From the NCBI GenBank assembly GCA_020349685.1, contig CP070698.1, positions 1,571,084 to 1,584,976 on the forward strand: 13,893 bases of DNA. Direction: 5' to 3'. Under the pieces are notes generated by a model. That model saw nothing but the letters and a program-made list of their open reading frames with translations, ran no database searches and had not been told where the DNA came from. The translations under genes were made by a program, and so were the position numbers. Below are positions 10,309 through 13,893 of this stretch, one piece after another (position 1 is the first letter of the stretch; every line of letters starts with the position of its first letter). The stretch is from a bacterium (lineage in GTDB: Bacteria > BMS3Abin14).

Positions 10309-12753
10309 ATGACCGATCTCATCAACACCACCAACGCACCCATAGAGAACATCAACATCGAAGACGAGATGAAGACCTCCTACCTCGATTACGCCATGAG
10401 CGTCATCGTGGGAAGGGCTCTGCCTGATGTCAGGGACGGCCTCAAGCCGGTCCACAGGCGCACCATCTACACCATGAATGAGCTTGGCAACGCGCCCGGC
10501 AAGCCCTACAAGAAATCCGCGCGCATCGTCGGTGACGTCATGGGTAAGTACCATCCCCACGGGGACCAGGCGATCTACGATACCGTTGTGCGCATGGCGC
10601 AGGATTTTTCCCTCCGCTATCCCCTGGTCGACGGTCAGGGCAACTTCGGTTCGGTTGACGGCGATGCGGCGGCGGCCATGAGATACACGGAGGTCCGCAT
10701 GGCCCGCCTGACGACCGAGCTTCTCGAAGACATCGACAAGGACACGGTCGATTTCGGGCCGAACTACGACGACACGGAAACAGAACCCCTGGTCCTCCCG
10801 GCCCGCTTCCCGAACCTGCTTGTCAACGGGTCCGCCGGCATCGCCGTGGGCATGGCCACCAATATCCCGCCCCACAACCTCGGCGAGGTCATCGATGCCT
10901 GCATCCTGCTTATCAATGAGCCGGATGCGACCCTGGACAAACTGATGAGAGCCGTCCCCGCTCCCGATTTCCCGACGGGTGGCTTTATCTACGGGACCCG
11001 GGGCGTCAGAGAGGCATACAGCACGGGCCGGGGCTCCATCCAGATGCGCGCCCGGGCCGTCATCGAGCGCCACAGGAAGGGCAAAACCGCCATCGTGGTG
11101 ACGGAGTTGCCCTACCAGGTCAACAAGGCGAGGCTCATCGAAAAGATCGCCGACCTGGTCAAGGATAAGAAGCTGGAAGGGATTTCGGATCTCAGGGACG
11201 AATCGGACCGTGAGGGGATGCGGATCGTCATCGAGCTCAAGCGGGAAGAGGGGGCAGAGATCCTGCTCAACCAGCTCTATGCCCAGACCCAGATGAAAAC
11301 CACTTTCGGCGTCCAGCTTCTGGCCATCCACCGCAATCAGCCGGCCACGCTGAGCCTTGCCCAGGTGCTTGGCCACTTCATCGATTTCAGGGTTGAGGTT
11401 GTCACGCGGCGGACGCGCTTCCTCCTCATAAAGGCCGAGGCAAGAGCCCACATTCTCGAAGGCCTCAAGATCGCCCTCGATAACATCGACGAGGTTGTGG
11501 AGCTTATCAAGAAATCCAGAGACGTGGCGGAGGCGCGCGAGGCTCTTATGAGCCGGTTCGGGCTTACCGACCGCCAGGCCAGCGCCATTTTGGAGATGCG
11601 GCTTTCGCGCCTTACAGGGCTCGAGCGCGAGAAGATCGAACAGGAGCTGAAGGATGTCCTGACGGAGATCGACCGCCTGAAAGGGATCCTGGCCGACGAG
11701 AAAAAACTTTACGGGGTCATTGTCGACGAGCTGAAAGAGATCAAGGCCAGATACGCCGACGGGCGGCGGACAGAGATCATCGTAGACACCCAGGAGATGT
11801 CCCTGGAGGACCTTATCGTGGATGAGGAGGTGCTGGTGACCGTTTCCCACGCGGGTTATGTCAAGCGCACCTCCCTGTCCCTGTACCGTTCGCAGCAGCG
11901 GGGCGGCAAGGGGTTGACCGGCATGTCCATGAGGGCCGAGGATTTCGCGGAGCACATCTTCGTGGCGTCGACCCACAGCTACATCCTGTTTTTCACGGAC
12001 AGGGGGCGGGTCCACTGGATGAAAGTCCACGAACTGCCTCAGATGGGTCGGGCCGCCAGGGGAAAGGCGATCGTCAACCTTCTCAACCTCGGTGGAGGAG
12101 AGGAGGTCACGGCCTTTCTGCCGGTGCGCGAATTTACAGATGGGCACTTCGTCGTCATGGCCACGGAGAGAGGTGTGATCAAGAAGACGGAGCTTAAAGC
12201 CTATTCCCATCCCAGGGCGGGAGGGATCATCGCCCTGGGCCTGGACGAGGGGGACCGGCTCATTGCCACCGCCCTCACCGATGGAAGCCGCCACCTCCTG
12301 CTCACCTCCCGGCACGGACAGGGAATAAGATTCAAGGAAACGGACGTAAGATCAATGGGCCGAAGCGCCAGGGGGGTCCGGGGGATCAACCTTGGAAAGG
12401 GGGACAGGGTCGTTGGCATGGAGGTGGTCAACGACGCAGCCTACCTGCTGACCGTAACCGAGAGAGGGTATGGAAAGAGAACTCCCATGAAAGAATACAA
12501 CCCCATCGGACGCGGAGGCAAGGGTGTCAGGGCGGTCAAGGTTTCGGAGAAGATCGGCAGCCTGGTGGGAACCCTGCAGGTGGGCAGTGAGGAAGAGACC
12601 ATGGTCATTACCAACAAGGGCCGCCTCATCCGCATGCCGGTCGCCGGGATCTCGGTCTATTCGAGATCCAGCCAGGGGGTGAAGCTTATCGGCATGTCCG
12701 ACGCGGAGGAAAGGGTGGTGTCCGTGGCCCTTATCCAGGAAGGGGAGGATTGA
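10309..12753 (+). CDS. gyrA: DNA gyrase subunit A (814 aa)
   Basis: [22 protein letters not shown], catalytic AAMRYTE, GyrA-box QQRGGKG (gyrase rather than ParC) and C-terminal beta-pinwheel repeats. Confidence 0.99.
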   Translation: MTDLINTTNAPIENINIEDEMKTSYLDYAMSVIVGRALPDVRDGLKPVHRRTIYTMNELGNAPGKPYKKSARIVGDVMGKYHPHGDQAIYDTVVRMAQDFSLRYPLVDGQGNFGSVDGDAAAAMRYTEVRMARLTTELLEDIDKDTVDFGPNYDDTETEPLVLPARFPNLLVNGSAGIAVGMATNIPPHNLGEVIDACILLINEPDATLDKLMRAVPAPDFPTGGFIYGTRGVREAYSTGRGSIQMRARAVIERHRKGKTAIVVTELPYQVNKARLIEKIADLVKDKKLEGISDLRDESDREGMRIVIELKREEGAEILLNQLYAQTQMKTTFGVQLLAIHRNQPATLSLAQVLGHFIDFRVEVVTRRTRFLLIKAEARAHILEGLKIALDNIDEVVELIKKSRDVAEAREALMSRFGLTDRQASAILEMRLSRLTGLEREKIEQELKDVLTEIDRLKGILADEKKLYGVIVDELKEIKARYADGRRTEIIVDTQEMSLEDLIVDEEVLVTVSHAGYVKRTSLSLYRSQQRGGKGLTGMSMRAEDFAEHIFVASTHSYILFFTDRGRVHWMKVHELPQMGRAARGKAIVNLLNLGGGEEVTAFLPVREFTDGHFVVMATERGVIKKTELKAYSHPRAGGIIALGLDEGDRLIATALTDGSRHLLLTSRHGQGIRFKETDVRSMGRSARGVRGINLGKGDRVVGMEVVNDAAYLLTVTERGYGKRTPMKEYNPIGRGGKGVRAVKVSEKIGSLVGTLQVGSEEETMVITNKGRLIRMPVAGISVYSRSSQGVKLIGMSDAEERVVSVALIQEGED

Positions 12754-12928
12754 AGGGAGCTTGGCCGCCGCAGGGTGAGGGCAAAAGGAGGCCTCGACGG
12801 GAAGATCGAGCAGTACCGGCTGCCGATAGAAGAAAACCAAAGTTAACGGCGTGTCAGGATGCGGGTTTAGCGGGGAAAAAGCCCCCGGAAGACCAGCACA
12901 ATGACACGCGGGAAACCGGGGGAACACA

Positions 12929-13267
12929 ATGAAGGAGAAAAGGAGGCATCACAGATACCCTGCTTCGGAAATGACCTTTGTGATAGGCCTGGAAAGCCCT
13001 GGAATGATCACCGATGTACGCGATGGGGGGCTGGGAGTGCGGTATAAGGGGGCGGAAGACCTTCCGGAGGAGGTGGTGCTGGACCTGTTGAACGCTCCGA
13101 AGAGTGTCGTTATCGACAAGGTGCGGTGCAGGAAGGTCAGGGACGAGACCCATGGCAGAGTGGCCGTTTTCAGCTACATCTCCGAGCGGCGCCTCGGTCT
13201 GGAGTTCGTCGAACCGACGGAGCAGCAGCTAAAAGCTCTCGAACTGTTCAGGGGGACGGAGAACTAG
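12929..13267 (+). CDS. Stand-alone PilZ-domain protein (112 aa), degenerate second motif
   Basis: EKRRHHR (RxxxR), DVRDGGLGV (D/NxSxxG with Ser replaced by Arg) and C-terminal GLEF. SD GGGGGA upstream. Confidence 0.85.
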   Translation: MKEKRRHHRYPASEMTFVIGLESPGMITDVRDGGLGVRYKGAEDLPEEVVLDLLNAPKSVVIDKVRCRKVRDETHGRVAVFSYISERRLGLEFVEPTEQQLKALELFRGTEN

Positions 13268-13286
13268 GCGCTCGCCCGCGCCGGCT

Positions 13287-13372
13287 TCTAGTATCTGGTT
13301 TCTAGCGCATGCCTTTGCGATCTCCTCAATCGCGGTAATAATTGCCAGACACCAGACAATAGACACCAGACA
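13287..13372. repeat. Inverted pair of 7-nt tandem repeats between the PilZ genes
   Basis: TCTAGTA TCTGGTT TCTAGC (13287-13306) and CCAGACA CCAGACA ATAGACA CCAGACA (13345-13372). Segment 13287-13306 matches the reverse complement of 13344-13363 at 16/20. Confidence 0.8.
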
Positions 13373-13380
13373 CTCGATTT

Positions 13381-13722
13381 ATGAATTGGGACGAGAAGAG
13401 AAAGCATCCCCGCTTCAAGGCCTCGGAAAAGGCTCTGGCCGCAAGCGGCGACGATCCTTACACCCTGATGGACCTCAGTGCCGGGGGGGTGGGCGTCCGG
13501 TTCTATGGAGAACAGCCGCTGCCCAACGAGATCCACCTGGACCTTTTTTTCCTCAACAGAGAGCTGTCCCTCACGGGCATCCGCTGTAAAAAAGTCTTCG
13601 AGGCCAGGGTCGACAAGGGGCAGGCCGGCCAGATGCCCGAATGGCATGTGGGGCTGCAGTTCGAAGATCCCAGGCCCGAGATGCTCGAGGTCCTCAGGCA
13701 CTTCAGGTGGACGGAGGATTAG
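13381..13722 (+). CDS. Stand-alone PilZ-domain c-di-GMP receptor (113 aa)
   Basis: EKRKHPR (RxxxR), DLSAGG (DxSxxG) and C-terminal GLQF. Collinear paralog of 12929..13267. No clear SD. Confidence 0.88.
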   Translation: MNWDEKRKHPRFKASEKALAASGDDPYTLMDLSAGGVGVRFYGEQPLPNEIHLDLFFLNRELSLTGIRCKKVFEARVDKGQAGQMPEWHVGLQFEDPRPEMLEVLRHFRWTED

Positions 13723-13742
13723 GATTTCGTAAAACGAAATCC
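13722..13742. terminator. Perfect 9-bp hairpin/palindrome at the stop of the second PilZ gene (terminator-like, no U-tract)
   Basis: GGATTTCGT-AAA-ACGAAATCC. Confidence 0.4.
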
Positions 13743-13744
13743 CC

Positions 13745-13784
13745 GGGAAGAGGAGACGGGGAGCGTGGGGGAGGGGGAGAAAAA
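13745..13784 (+). repeat. G-rich 8-nt tandem repeat related to the gyrB-gyrA spacer element
   Basis: G GGAAGAGG AGACGGGG AGCGTGGG GGAGGGGG AGAAAAA. It is preceded by AATCCCCGG (13738-13746), identical to 10172-10180. Confidence 0.7.
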
Positions 13785-13893
13785 CCTCAAACCTTGCGAC
13801 CCGGTCCTGGACACCAACTGCAGGATTGATGAAAAACTGAGCCTGTTTAATGGCTGAAAACCTGATCCTTAAAGAATCCTATTGTGAGAAAAT

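Noticed and set aside
12803-12829. GCCGATAG, a sigma28/FliA -10-like element upstream of PilZ-1 (also GCCGACAC at 3161)
   Set aside because: There is no TAAA/TCAAG-like -35 at the correct spacing in either case.
13345-13372. Repeats considered as a CRISPR array or IS ends
   Set aside because: The units are 7-8 nt, contiguous and lack spacers, and there is no cas or transposase gene in the window.
13808-13822. TGGACACCAACTGCA, a sigma54-like site
   Set aside because: The spacing is GG-N9-GC rather than the required N10.
13850-13893. Possible CDS start MAENLILKESYCEK at the right edge
   Set aside because: Only 14 codons are visible and there is no SD, so it cannot be assigned.

Overview
This window is a GC-rich bacterial chromosomal origin region; a deltaproteobacterial/Desulfobacterota-like host is inferred but not provable here. 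It has the classic divergent layout: yidC-yidD-rnpA-rpmH on the minus strand and dnaA-dnaN-recF-gyrB-gyrA on the plus strand, followed by two tandem stand-alone PilZ-domain genes. rpmH (44 aa, TTG start) is missing from the ORF track. DnaA boxes lie on both sides of dnaA, and a Bacillus-like unwinding element lies between dnaA and dnaN, suggesting a bipartite oriC. There is no CRISPR array, tRNA/rRNA gene or transposase. The gene content is ordinary housekeeping, and I see no complete new multi-gene system. The unexplained signals are finer in scale: (1) degenerate 7- and 8-nt tandem repeats at five gene 3' ends, often with an inverted partner; (2) a gyrB-gyrA spacer with G-quadruplex motifs on both strands; (3) a DnaA basic-loop Arg-to-Lys change alongside 5'-degenerate DnaA boxes; (4) an rnpA frame open across all of rpmH; (5) a 60-codon ORF overlapping both gyrA and the first PilZ gene.
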